64,000 bases of DNA from Neocallimastix sp. 'constans'. Its lineage: Eukaryota. The notes beneath the pieces are model-generated. The model saw nothing but the letters and a program-made list of their open reading frames with translations, ran no database searches and was not told where the DNA came from. The position numbers were made by a program, and so were the translations under genes. Where the stretch lies: contig JBODTK010000015.1 in assembly GCA_050613775.1 (NCBI GenBank), positions 1,364,001 to 1,428,000 of the forward strand. Direction: 5' to 3'. Position 1 is the first letter of the stretch. The number at the start of each line of letters is the position of its first letter. This document shows positions 9,547 through 23,390 of the stretch, piece after piece.

Positions 9547-12500
9547 TTAGATGGGATTGGTATAAATGTCTTGAACTTAAGAAAGAAATATGTCATCACA
9601 ATAAATTTGAGATTTCTTAGTGAAGAACTAGTAAATGAAGATCTTTCAGTAGATTGAATAATTGAAAAGTTTATTAACATTACTAATTCCAATGCTAAGG
9701 ATTTATCAATTGTATCATCAATAGAAATCAGAAAAGCGATGTTTTAAAATATCCCGCAAAATTTATTGTCTTCAAAAAAGGTAAAACATATAAAATATAC
9801 AAAAATTAAGAGTTATGTATCTGCAAGTGATTCCAATGAATTTGCTAAAATTGTTGATTCGTATAATAGACTTGGTGAATCAATTCATAAAAAATATAAT
9901 GAATTTAGGAAAAAAGAATATTTATATTTGATTAACATTGGATGCTCGTTTAGCTCTTAGGAAAGTATGTTAATGGGTAAAAAAGAATACAGAAATAATT
10001 AAACAATCTTTCACGGTCTCTCATCCTATTAAAAATTATAATAATGAACTTGTTTCTTCTACAGATGAAAAATTAAAAGTTTGGCATTCTCATTATAAAT
10101 TCTTAGGGTCGAATTCTTCATGTCATAGTCTTTCTAAAGATTACTGGAAAGATTCTGATGCACTAAGGAATTTTGGAAGACCAAGGCTACAAGAATGGGA
10201 TATTAACCAAGGTATTAGCAATGAAGAAATTTGCAAAGCAATCTCCTCCACTCCAAGATTTAAAGTTTGTGGTCCTGATGGTATTCCAATGGAATTCTTC
10301 AAAGCTTTGATTCCTTGTAAAGATGGTTCAGAAGGATCAAGTGATAATAATAGTAATATTTCATCTGGCTTTAAATGCCTCAAAACCTTAATTAATCGTA
10401 TTTGGAATGGTGATTTCCCAAAATCATGGAATAACGCATCGATAGTATCTATTCATAAAAAGGGAGATCCATCAGATTGTAACAACTATCGTGGCATCTC
10501 TCTAATCAATAATGGATTAAAAATTATAGCAAAAATCATAGCTAATAGAATCTCTAAATATGGAATTGATGAAGGTTTTATAAGACCTGAACAATTTAGA
10601 TTTCGTAATCGAGAGGAATGTATAAGTCTTTATACTACATTAAGAATTATATGTCTGAGAAGGAAATTTGAAAATAAGGATACTTACCTTGCTTTTTTGG
10701 ACCTTAAAAAAGCGTATGACTCAGTGCCCATATATAATGTATTAATGAAGATTTATTACTTAGGTATTAGAGGTAAGTGCTTTAATTTTATTGAAAATAT
10801 ATACTTATCTTCCAAGGCTTGTGTAAGAGTTGATGGACAATTATCGGAATCATTTAATATTAAGAAAGGAGTTCGTCAAGGTTGTTCCCTCTCACCAATT
10901 TTGTTTAACTTGTTCATTAATGATATTTTTAATAATTGTAATAAATATGGCATCTCTATTGGTGATAAACGTTGTTGTGGAGGTCTTTTTGCAGATGACA
11001 TTGTATTATGTGCTCCAACAAGATCCCAACTTACGAAATTGTTAAAGTTTGCCAGTAAATGGGCTAGAAATAATAAAATTCAAATTGGTATCAATAAATG
11101 TGCCAATCTAGTAGTACGAGGGGAAGTTTCTAGATTTCTTTATAATAGTAATCCTTCCTTTTATCTTTCAAGTCAAGAGTTGCCTAAAACGAATTGCTAT
11201 ACCTACTTAGGTGTACCATTTTCAAATGATTTAGAATTGAAACCAATCATACAGCGAATGAATAATAAAGTTAGAAATGCACTTTATTCCATAAAAGGAT
11301 TTCTTAAGAACCCTCATATTCCTATCCCTTATAAAAGAATGTTATTTTCAGCTATAGTAATTGGATAAGTTTCATATTATGCACCTCTACTTGGATCTAA
11401 CAAAGATAGAACGAGAAGTACACAGACACTAGTTAATTCAAGATTATACTTGATTGAAGGATTTTCTAAAGGGAATAGCTTTACTTTCCTTTATTGTGTT
11501 TCCAAAGAACTTAACGTTCCTCCTCCTTCGGCGAAATGCGCGATTGCTCAGGTAAGGTGTTTTAAAAAATGGAAAAACTCGAAATGTATTATCTCTGATT
11601 TACTTAGAGATATATCTCGTTGTAGACGTCATGTATGGGATAAAGAAAGTAAAATTTTAGCTGACAAATTAAGTAAATTTCCATCAAAAAAAAAGCTATT
11701 TTAAACTTTTACTGGGATAGAGATATGACAGGAAAATCAATCAAAGCTAAGGTTTATAAAAATAATAATTTTGAGAAAACTAGAGAGTATCTTAGGCTAA
11801 ATTATAAATATCCTGAATTTAGTATTGGGCTCCGATGGGTTACTTCGCGCCAGATGTGGATATAAATTCGATGCTCGTGTTGCCAAAGCCGCCAAAATGA
11901 TTGAAGACAACTGTCCTGAAAGGTGTCCTTGTTGTTATAGAAAATATAGTAATCCTCAATTGGAACATTGGTTTTCTAAATGCTATCTTTTCCGTGAATT
12001 TCGAATGAAATATTTTAAGGATTTTAAAATTCTCTCTATGAAATATTTTATATTATTTCTAAATATTGTCCAATATCTAATAGTAATGTAGACACTGTTA
12101 TCACAGATATGAATAATATAGAACTAAGTTCTGATTCTGATAGTAGTAACGAAGTGTATAATACTAATAATATTAACAATAGAAATAATATTGTTAATAA
12201 TAGTAGAAATAGTGATAGTGAAAATTATAATATCGTTACTTCTAATTTAGTGAATAGTTCACTTGGTGAAAATCGTGGTAATTTAAGTAATTTTCTGAAT
12301 AATGAGTGTGTAAATATATATGTGACGTGGTACCGATTATATAACTTTCTTCTTGGTGGAAGGGATGCAAATATAATAGATTTAAATTATAAAAAGGAAT
12401 GGAATATTTTGTTTAAGAACCAAATCATTTCTGGTGATTATTCAAAAACGCCGTTCTTGGTGCGACCTGCGACTCTCTTTACAGAAATTATGCCCAGGAC

Positions 12501-12671
12501 TAGTACTCGAAAAAGACGGCTATTCCAATGTCAACGATGAAGACGCAGTAAGACAAGCCAGTAGGGGCCAATGCTTCTGAAGGAGAAGACGACCATAATT
12601 TCCTTCAGATAGTCCATTCAAACCCTAATCCAGAATAAGTAATCTGGAGGCGAGGCTCGTTTCATATGAAC

Positions 12672-12894
12672 TTTTTTTTTTTTCTGAATTTATTTATACT
12701 CATTATTTTGAGTATTACTTTTTTTTTCTGAATTTATTTATACTCATTATTTTGAGTATTACTTTTTTTTTCTGAATTTATTTATACTCATTATTTTGAG
12801 TATTACTTTTTTTTTCTGAATTTATTTATACTCATTATTTTGAGTATTACTTTTTTTTTCTGAATTTATTTATACTCATTATTTTGAGTATTAC
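12672..12894 (+). repeat. Five tandem ~44-bp units in the LINE-B 3' UTR
   Basis: Unit (T)n-ctgaatttatttatactcattattttgagtattac occurs five times; the sister copy at ~7055-7095 has one diverged unit. Confidence 0.95.
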
Positions 12895-13214
12895 TTTTTA
12901 TATCATGCTACTATTTTAAATATTATTATATTCAAATTGGAAAAATAATATTTATTTTTTTTTTATTAATTCTGTGTTTTTTTTTTTTATTTTTATAAAA
13001 AAAAAATTTTATTTTTTATTTGTATGCTTATTTGAGCTTTTTTTTTCTTTTTTTTTTGGTAGAAAAAGATTTTCAATTTACATTGTTAAATACCTTTATT
13101 ATTGTAAAAACTTCTAACTTTATTCTAAAAAATTTATGAAACCAAATCTAAATAGAAATATTAACATATAATTTATTAACTATATAATAATATTTTATAA
13201 GATCTTTTTTTTTT

Positions 13215-13314
<100 letters not shown>

Positions 13315-13947
13315 ATATATCGAATGATAATTTTTTTTTTTTATTTTTTTTTATATATTATTTAATTTAATTTTTTTTTTTTTAAAAAAATTAAGATAAA
13401 TAAAAAGTGAAGTTAAAAAAAAATTTATTAAATTAATAAGAGATAAAAAAATATATATTTATTTATATATAATAAAATAAAATTAAATAAAAAAAAAAAT
13501 TAAAAAAAAAAAGTTCAGTAAAGGTAAATTGAAAATATCTTAATTTGAATATATTTAATGAATATCTTTTTTTATTTGTTTCTTTTAAAAAAAGTTTTAA
13601 TTTTTATACACTTCGATATTCTGAATGCCTTACATTTCTTTTTAATTTTAATATTCTTATTCTAATATTATTTTATTTTATTTTTATTATATTTGTAATA
13701 GATTTTATAGAAAATAATAGAATATATATTTTTTTATATTCAAAAAAAAAAAAAGCAAAAAAGAAACATTCATATATCAAAGAAAGAAAAGGAAATCAAT
13801 TAATAAATTATAAAATAAAATTCAAAATTAGAAATAAAAAATAATAACAAAAAATAGACAAATAGATAAAACAATAAAACTCTAAACTATATAATAATAA
13901 TAACAATTATATATATATATATTTCTAACTTACAATAATATACAAAA

Positions 13948-14045
13948 ATGATTGTAAGTTCATTTAAACATTTTTATATATATATTTATTTATTTACTAT
14001 TATTGATGGATATACCTACAATCAATTTAAAATATTTATTATACA

Positions 14046-14096
<51 letters not shown>

Positions 14097-14146
14097 ATCA
14101 ATATAGTTTTTTATAAACTATTACTTAGAGTTATTTTTATTAATCA

Positions 14147-14177
<31 letters not shown>

Positions 14178-14713
14178 CTATAATGTATAACACATTCAAT
14201 CTATTTATTATCATCATTATTATTTGTTTCACTACATAAGTTAAAAAAAAAAAAAAAGATAATAGTAGTAATAATAATAATAATAATAATTTTTTTTTGA
14301 ATCAATTACTTATAAGATGAACCTTTGTTTTAAAGTAATGATAATAATAATAATAATAATAATAATAAGAAATTATTTATAAATTTGAAATGTTAAAAAG
14401 AAAAATGAATAGGGAATAGGATAAAATACAATTAAATATATTGAAAGATCAAATTAAATAAAAACAAATATAAAACAAAGAAAAGGATATATCCATTTTT
14501 TTATAATTATATATTATATTATATATTTATTTATCTATTATTATATATATTATTGAAATTTAATTAATATTTTTAATATTAATGATTCTTTTCAAATTAA
14601 AATTATTATAATTCTTATATGATATGAATTTAAATTTATAAAACTATATTTGAAACAAAAACAAAAACTCAAATAAAAATAAATTAAACAAATTAAATTA
14701 TACAATCATATTG

Positions 14714-14745
<32 letters not shown>

Positions 14746-15410
14746 TTATCAGGAATGGGAAGGAAAACCAGTTGCTCCAATGATTCCACAAAGTATAAGT
14801 GGAATTGTCACTTTTTGGTGTTTAACTATAGGGTTCATTTATGCTGGTATATTTATTAGGTAAATATATTTTATTTAAAAATTAATTAAAAATTATAGTA
14901 ATAATAAATGAAATATAAATATATATATAAACTTATTAATAAATAATATATAAATAAATATATTTTAATGATTAAATATATATATATATATTTAATAGAA
15001 ATGCTTATAGTACTACTAAATATAACAAGTCTTTAACCCATGATCTTAAAAATACCATCATATCTTCAATATTTTTAGGTATGTATATATATTTTTTATA
15101 ATTTATATATAATATAATATATATATTATATATATATATTTTTTTTTCTTTTAATTTATAAATATCTGTATATATATATATAATATTCTTTATATTAAAT
15201 GATAATAATTATTCAAATGTACTAACTATTACTTTTTTTTATTTATTTTTTTATTTTTATTTTTTTATTTTATTATTATTAATATTATTACTAATATAAA
15301 AAAAATATATTATTACTAATATAAAAAAAATTATAATAAATTATATTTCTATAATTTAAATAGGTTTAGGAATTGTTTTATTATTTGTTAAGTTTGGAAT
15401 TAATATCTGA
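13948..15410 (+). CDS. OST5: Oligosaccharyltransferase small subunit OST5/TMEM258 homolog (4 exons)
   Basis: Exons 13948-13953, 14753-14859, 14999-15078, 15364-15410, all GT-AG and phase-consistent: MIEWEGKPVAPMIPQSISGIVTFWCLTIGFIYAGIFIRNAYSTTKYNKSLTHDLKNTIISSIFLGLGIVLLFVKFGINI*. Two TM helices, TKY and S.F.G.G..L....GI.(I/V) match the TMEM258/Ost5 pattern. The first micro-exon is the least certain part. Confidence 0.88.
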
Positions 15411-15584
15411 GGAATGATGTTTTAGTTATTTAATATTATTTAATATATTTTTAGTATATTATATATATAATATTATATATTTATTTTATTTTATTGTTAC
15501 CCACACTTTACTTTAAATAATAAAATAAAAATAAATAAATAATATATACACATAAGCAAGAAAGAAAGCAAATAAATATCCAAA

Positions 15585-15651
<67 letters not shown>

Positions 15652-15917
15652 TTAATATAAATAAACAAATAAAAGAAATAGAAATATTATTCATTCATTT
15701 TAGGTCATAGCTTACTTATAAACTATTATATTGTATCATTATTTTTTATAAATTGAATAATAATAAATAAATAAATAAATAAAAATAAATAAAGCAAATA
15801 ATATTTAAATATAATAATAATAATAATAATAATAATTTAACTAAATAAATATATCAGTTAAGTAGTTATTATTATTAGTTATTAAAATTCATAGTATTAT
15901 ATATATATAAACAGTTT

Positions 15918-15952
<35 letters not shown>

Positions 15953-17088
15953 TATCAATTTTATGATTTATTGAAAGTATAATTATGAAATAATCCAAAA
16001 TTTTATTATAATCTTTATTTTTATTATTGTTTTTATTTTATATCATATATCATATATCATATATATTATATTTCTGTATTTCTATATATCTATATTTTAT
16101 ATTTTATATTTTATATTATATATATTTTTTATTTTATTTTATTTGTTATTTTATTTATTATTTTATTTTATTTATTTTATTTTATTTTTTATTTTATTTC
16201 ACTAATTATTAAATTTCTTCATGTTGTAAAAAGTATATTTAAATGTTTTAATGAATGAATCAAATATATGCATTAAATGTTAAAATAAATAATAAAAATA
16301 AATATTATAAATATATATATATTTATTTTATTTATTTATTTTAATTTTTTTTTTTTGGATAACCAAAAATTATATTTTTTAGGCATATAGGTATCATACA
16401 TACAATTAATATTAATTAATTAATATGATAATTTAAATTTATTATACACAATTTTATTTTTAATATTTTTATTTTTAGTTTTTTTTTGTAAAAAAATATA
16501 AATTAATATGGATATAATGGATAGATAGATATATTAATTATTATTATTATTTTTTAATTTAATGCACTTTTTTTTTTTTTTTTTTTTTTTTGTTAATTAT
16601 TATTATTTTTTAATTTATTGTATTTTTTTTGTTGTTGTTGTTAATTATAAATATCTTTTCATTTATGATAATATATGATATATATATATATTTATTTATT
16701 TATAACTTAACGCACATATAAATATATATAGAAATGATGATTTTAATCTTAAATAAGAATATTATATTTATTATAACGATTATAATATTTTTTAATTTTA
16801 TTATTATTTAATCTATTATATTCACTCGAATGTTTTATTAATATAATAAAATTGATATAGAATTTTTTTTTTTTAAAAAAAAAAAAAAGCATAAAATAAA
16901 ATAAAATCTCATCCTTTTAATTTTTCATATTAATGAAAGAATGATATTGAAATTCATTTATAATTCATATATAATTCATCTATGACATATGTTAATCTAC
17001 ATCTTTAAAAATGTATTGTATATATATCCATCTTAATTTCACTATATTTTTTATTTTTGAAAAAAAAAATATATTTTAAAAGAGAAAA

Positions 17089-17250
<162 letters not shown>

Positions 17251-17619
17251 TTTGACACATATTATATGAATGGTAAAAGATGTAAAGTGGATAGCAATAA
17301 GTTATTCTGTAATGTTAATAATAATAAATAATTGATAATAATAAATAATAAGTATAATCTAAGTATAATAACACTAAATAATAATAATAGTATATAATAA
17401 TAATATAAGTTTTGATTTTTTTTTTTTTTTTTTTTTTTTTGATTATTAATTAAATTTCACATTTTTAATATAATACAATTAAATAAAATAAAAGTAAACA
17501 AATATTTTTTTTAATATATTATAATTAGTTTTTACGGCTTTTTTTTTTTTTTTATTTATAATTATAAGAATGAAAATTGACCGTAAAGAAAAACAATTTC
17601 TGTCTATTATATATTTTAA

Positions 17620-17949
17620 TTGTATTGTAAATCCTCATTAGTTAATGTATCTGCGTGTTCATCACGTGTTAGGATAGATTTCCTAATTTGGAGAAAGGTA
17701 ATGTAGTAAATAAATAATAATGTTATAGTGTATGTAGTTGTGGCTTGCCGTATCCATCATCTTCAAATCTTGTGGTTCTGTAATCCGTGACTGAGAGCGT
17801 CGACGCCGAAATGGTATGGCATGGGAGCACTTTGTTGTATCCTGATACACCCGATATAAAGTTTGTCTGATATTAGTTGTCTGTTGTGGCTGGGATGATA
17901 TGATCAAGACCTACAAGGGATAGTCTAAAAAAAAAAAAAAAAAAAAAAA
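17620..17949 (+). mobile_element. 5'-truncated 3' end of a LINE-A-related retroelement
   Basis: GC-richer island ending taGTCT plus poly(A) 17927-17949, as in LINE-A. agagcgtcgacgccgaaatggtatggca (17794-17821) matches LINE-A agagcgtcgacgtcgtaacgataaggca (6200-6227) at 23 of 28 positions. Confidence 0.65.
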
Positions 17950-19906
17950 TATATATTTTAATTATTTAATATTAAATGTCTCTAACCCTTTAAATTATTT
18001 ACTTATTATTTACTTATTATTTTCCTTATTTTAATTTATATAAATATATTTCCTTTTTTATATAAAAAACAATTATGGTTCTTTTTTTTTTATTAATAGA
18101 ATTGATATAACAATTAAAATTGATATATATTTCAATATATTATAATATATTATATATAATTATATATATAATATAAATTATCTATTTATGCTTAGAAGAT
18201 TATGTTTAAAAAAATAAAAAGTTAAAAGCCATCTAAATTATATGAATTATAGAAAAATTATATATTATTATATTATTTATTATTTATTATATATTATTTA
18301 TTATTTATTATTTATTATTTATTATTTAATTATTTATTATTTATTATTTTATTATTTATTATTTATTATTTATTATTTATTATTTATTATTTATTATTTA
18401 TTATTTATTATATATTATTTATTATTTATTATATATTATTTATTATTTATTATTTATTATTTATTATTTATTATTTATTATTATTTAATAGAACTTCTAC
18501 AAAATATTTTTTTATTGGCTTTTTTTTTTTTTTATATATATACTAAATTGATATTATAAAAATCTTTAATTATATATATTAATATTAGTAATTAGTAATT
18601 AATCTATATAGATGTAACATAAATTACTAATTTATTTTTGAAAAATCTATTGAAATTGCTATTCTCTGTTTGCTTTATTGGAATTTGGGTGTTTTATTTT
18701 TATTACATTAACATTAATCGTTTAATTATCAAATATTATTTAATAAAAATTGCTATATATATAATTATATCATATCTTTGTTTCTACATAATATATAATT
18801 ATTAATAAAAAAAAAAAAAGTTTCATAAAATGGAAGATATTTATTATAATACATTTTTGAGTGTATTAAAAAATAATTTAAAGTAATATCTGTCACATCA
18901 TATTATGCTTTGTTATTATCACTTTTATTTTATTATTATTATTATTATTATATAATTATTATTATTATTATCATATAATTTTATCATATAATTATTATTT
19001 ATTATTATTATATAACAATTACTTTTATTATTATTATTATTATTTTAAACTTGTGGTTGAGTTTTTTTTATTTTTATTTTATTAGTATTGTTATTTATGT
19101 TTTTTTTTTTTTTTTTTTTTTTAATAAAAAATAAGTAGTAATAAATAAATATTATAAAGATATAAGTAACAATTAATAAATAATAAGTAATAAATAATTA
19201 ATAAACAAAAAGTAATAAATAATAATTAATATTATCATAAATATTTATTATTTGTTTTAAATTCAAAACATTTTAAATAGGTTCATTATTATTTATTTAT
19301 TAATTTTTAATTATTCAATTATTTATTATTTATTATTTATTATTTATTATTTATTATTTATTATTTATTATTTAATTATTTATTATTTATTATTTATTAT
19401 TTATTATTTATTATTTATTATTTATTATTTATTATTATTTATTATTATTATTATTATTGAAGATTATCAAAATAATTGTTATAAAGCAATTTATTAATTT
19501 TTTATTAATGATAAACTATGCTTATTATTATAGTTTAAGAATAATTAATTAAAAATAAATATAATAAAATTATACTTTTTTATCTCTTTTAATTATTATA
19601 GTAAATAGATAATTTTTTTTTATATAAAAAAAAGATGCACTTCATTCATAATTAATAACCATTGTATTTTAATATTATGCATCGAATATCTTAATAACTT
19701 TTTTTTTTTAGTTATAATTATTATCATATATAATTATTTAGTTACTATTAAAATATGAATAATGATAATAGAATATAGCTTCATAAATAATATTAATCAC
19801 TTTTATCTTTTATAGGCTTCGTATAAAAAAAAAAGAAGCAGCAGTTTCCTACATAAATTAATAATTTAAAATACTATAAATTGCGTATTACATTGTACAT
19901 TTAAAT

Positions 19907-19958
<52 letters not shown>

Positions 19959-20695
19959 AAAAAGATAAAGAAAATTTAATAATTTAAAATAAGAATAGAA
20001 AAGTATGGTTTATATAATTAATCTTTAATATAAATATAATAATTAATTTATTATAGAAAAAGTTAAAAAAAAAAGAATAAAATAAAGAAAATAAAAATAA
20101 AAATAAAAATAAAATAAAAAATAAAATAAAACAAAAAGAATAAAAGAAAGAAAAAAAATAGTGAATAAAGCTTGATTTTTATTATTATGTATAAAATAAT
20201 TTTTTATTATTAAAAGGAATCATATTAATGTATTATTATATAAATCATGTTATTTAAGTAGATATTAAAACCCTTTTAGTGTATTTAAAAGTTATAATAT
20301 TTTTAAATTCACATAAAGTTTATAAGTATTAATAATTCATTAGTGTAATATATAAATTTAAATCATATAAATATTTAAATATTCATTATTTTAAATATAT
20401 TTTAATCTAATCTAATATTTACCCATTATCATTATATGTAATAATAATAATAATAATAATAATAAATGATATATAAATTTTTTTAAGAATATATATATGT
20501 TTTTTTTATTATACACAATACTATTTAGGGTTCTATTTCTCATTAATTTATAAATATATATATTATATTTTTTTATATTTTTATTTATTTTATTTTTTAT
20601 TTTTCTACTCTTTTAATATAATTTTTACTTTTTTTTTTTTTTTTATTTAATTTCTAATAATCTTATAATAGTCTTTAATTAAAATAAAAACAAAA

Positions 20696-20729
<34 letters not shown>

Positions 20730-21775
20730 TATTAGAATAAAAGTAAATTTCAAAAATCATAAATTTCAATTTTATTTATTTGATTATTTATTATTATTAT
20801 TATTTTTTTTAATAATAATAACGGTAATAATATATTAACTAAATTATAATTAGAATGTTATATATATATATATATATATATAAAATAATCTTTATTGTAA
20901 ATAATACATTTATATTTATAATAAAAGATATATGAAAAAAATTAGAATTTATACATGTTTTTAATTATATTTTAATATAAAAATTGAAATATAAATATAT
21001 ATATATTTAAATAAGCATATTATTATATTAATTTAAATCAAAGTCAAAATAAACTTGAATTATTATATTTATATTATAAACTAACTCTTTTTCTTTTATT
21101 TTTATTATATATATATATTATTTTAAAAGAGTAAACTATTTATGTTTATTTTATAGTTGTTATAGATTTCTTTTTTTTTTTTTATTTAATTTTATTTTAT
21201 TTTTATTTTTATTTTTATTTTTAAAGATACTTAGTAAACTCAAACCATGAGGTTAGCTATTTATTTTGTTAAACATTTGATGAAAATATTAAAAAATGTT
21301 GAATGGTGGAAAAATAAATAATCATAATATAATGTGTATATATATGTTTAAAAAGGATATTATCAGAATTATGGAATAAAAATATAGAAAGAAATAATAA
21401 TAAAAATAATAATAATAATAGAAGATAAAATACTACAAATAATAATAAATTAAAGTAATAACAAAAGAAATATATAAATTAATTGAAATAAAGCATCTCT
21501 AAATATAAAATATATATATATATATATATATATAAACAAAACAAGGAAAAAAATAAAATAAAATACTAATAATATATAAAGAATAGCAATATTACTTTTA
21601 ATAAGCATATTATATTTTTTACTGTTATGAAATTTTCAATTTTTTTTTTTTTTTTTTGTTTCTTATTCTTTAAAATTTAATAATTAATAAAAGTTAAGCA
21701 ATAAAAATTAAATTTTATTATTTATTTGATTATTTATTTTTATAATTTATAATTTACATTTTATATATTAGTAAT

Positions 21776-23347
21776 ATGATGAATGATGCATATAATTCAC
21801 CTGCCGTTCATCAACCAAAGGCAAAAAATCAGGCACAAGGACAAGTAATTATTATATTTTTAATTATAGTTATATTTTGAAATTTATAAATGTTTGAAAT
21901 TGTTAAAAATTCAATTCAATTCAATTAAATAAAATAAGCTAAATGAATGAATGAATTAATGAATAATAATTTAAATAATACTAATATAATAGTAATAATA
22001 ATAGTAATAATAATAGTTCATAATAATAAAAAGTGAAATGTCAATTATTTAAATAAAATTTCAAATAATTAAGTAAATAAATTATTTAATTAATTAAATT
22101 GTATTATGTAGCTTGCTGCATTATTACGTGGCCGTATAGATTGGGATTCTGATCCATCAAATTTTAATGATTTAAATCGTTCAAATAGTGCACCACCAAC
22201 TCAACTTATTAATAATGACAAATTAAAGGTAAACATTAGAATTTTTTTTTAATACAAATAAAGATATTAAATTAAAAAAAAACTAAAAATAATAAATAAT
22301 AATAGTAATTAAAATAATAAAAGCTATATATGATATATGTTAAGATTATTTAAAACATTAATAATGTTGTATATATTTTAAATGGATTTTTATTCATTTC
22401 TTGGGAAAAAAAAAAATTTCTAAACTTAATTTTCTATTTTTATTTTTTATAATCATTATAATATATATACATACATACATATACTTATTTTATTTTATTA
22501 AAATTTAAAATTTCTTTTCAATTATGAATATATTATAAAATTTATAATATTTTTAATAATAAAAGAATGAATATGAGAATGAAATTCCATCTTCTGATCC
22601 TCGTTTGGATCCAAACTATATTATTTATTACTATCAACATTCAAGACTTGACCCACGTCTTCCTCCACCAATTTATGCCCCAGGTCAATCTTGGCAAACT
22701 TTATCTCAAAACCAAGCCTCAGCATTCCAAGAATATGATAGATTGAGTCCAGGTCCTGAAATGAATCAAAACTTAGCCGTTGGAAGTAACAATGTTTTAA
22801 GGCATAAAACTTCATTGTTAGAACAAATTGTTAATAGGAGTGATGCTGGAAGTAGTGTTGATGGTGTCTTCCAAAATAATAATAGATTTGATGATATTAT
22901 TTCTAATAATAATAATAATGCTACTACTACAGCTGCAGATGTATGTTAACATTATTAAAAAAAAAAAATTTTTTTATTTTTGAAAAATAATCTATATACT
23001 AATCTTTTGATTATAAATTTAATTATTATTATTTTTATTATATTTATATTATATTTACTTATATATATACTTATTTTTTAAGCATCTTGATTTAGATGAT
23101 CAAAGATCTTTAAAGGAACGCCAATTTGGAAATGCTGGATGGAATAATGATTTATTAAAACCTATTGGGCAAGTTCCACCAAAAAGAAAGAATCTTGTGG
23201 ATTTAATTCAAGAAGTAATTCTTCAATTCATCTTAATCATTAGAATATAATAATAATAATAATATGATTCTAACAACCACATTAAAAATAATAATAATAA
23301 TTATAATATGGTTATAACAACATTAAAATAATAATAAGCATTAATAA

Positions 23348-23390
<43 letters not shown>

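Noticed and set aside
12672..12894. CRISPR-like appearance of the hairpin-containing tandem repeat (and of the 15-bp repeats at 8405-8755)
   Set aside because: No unique spacers, no cas genes, eukaryotic context; explained as a LINE UTR tandem and MITE subterminal repeats.
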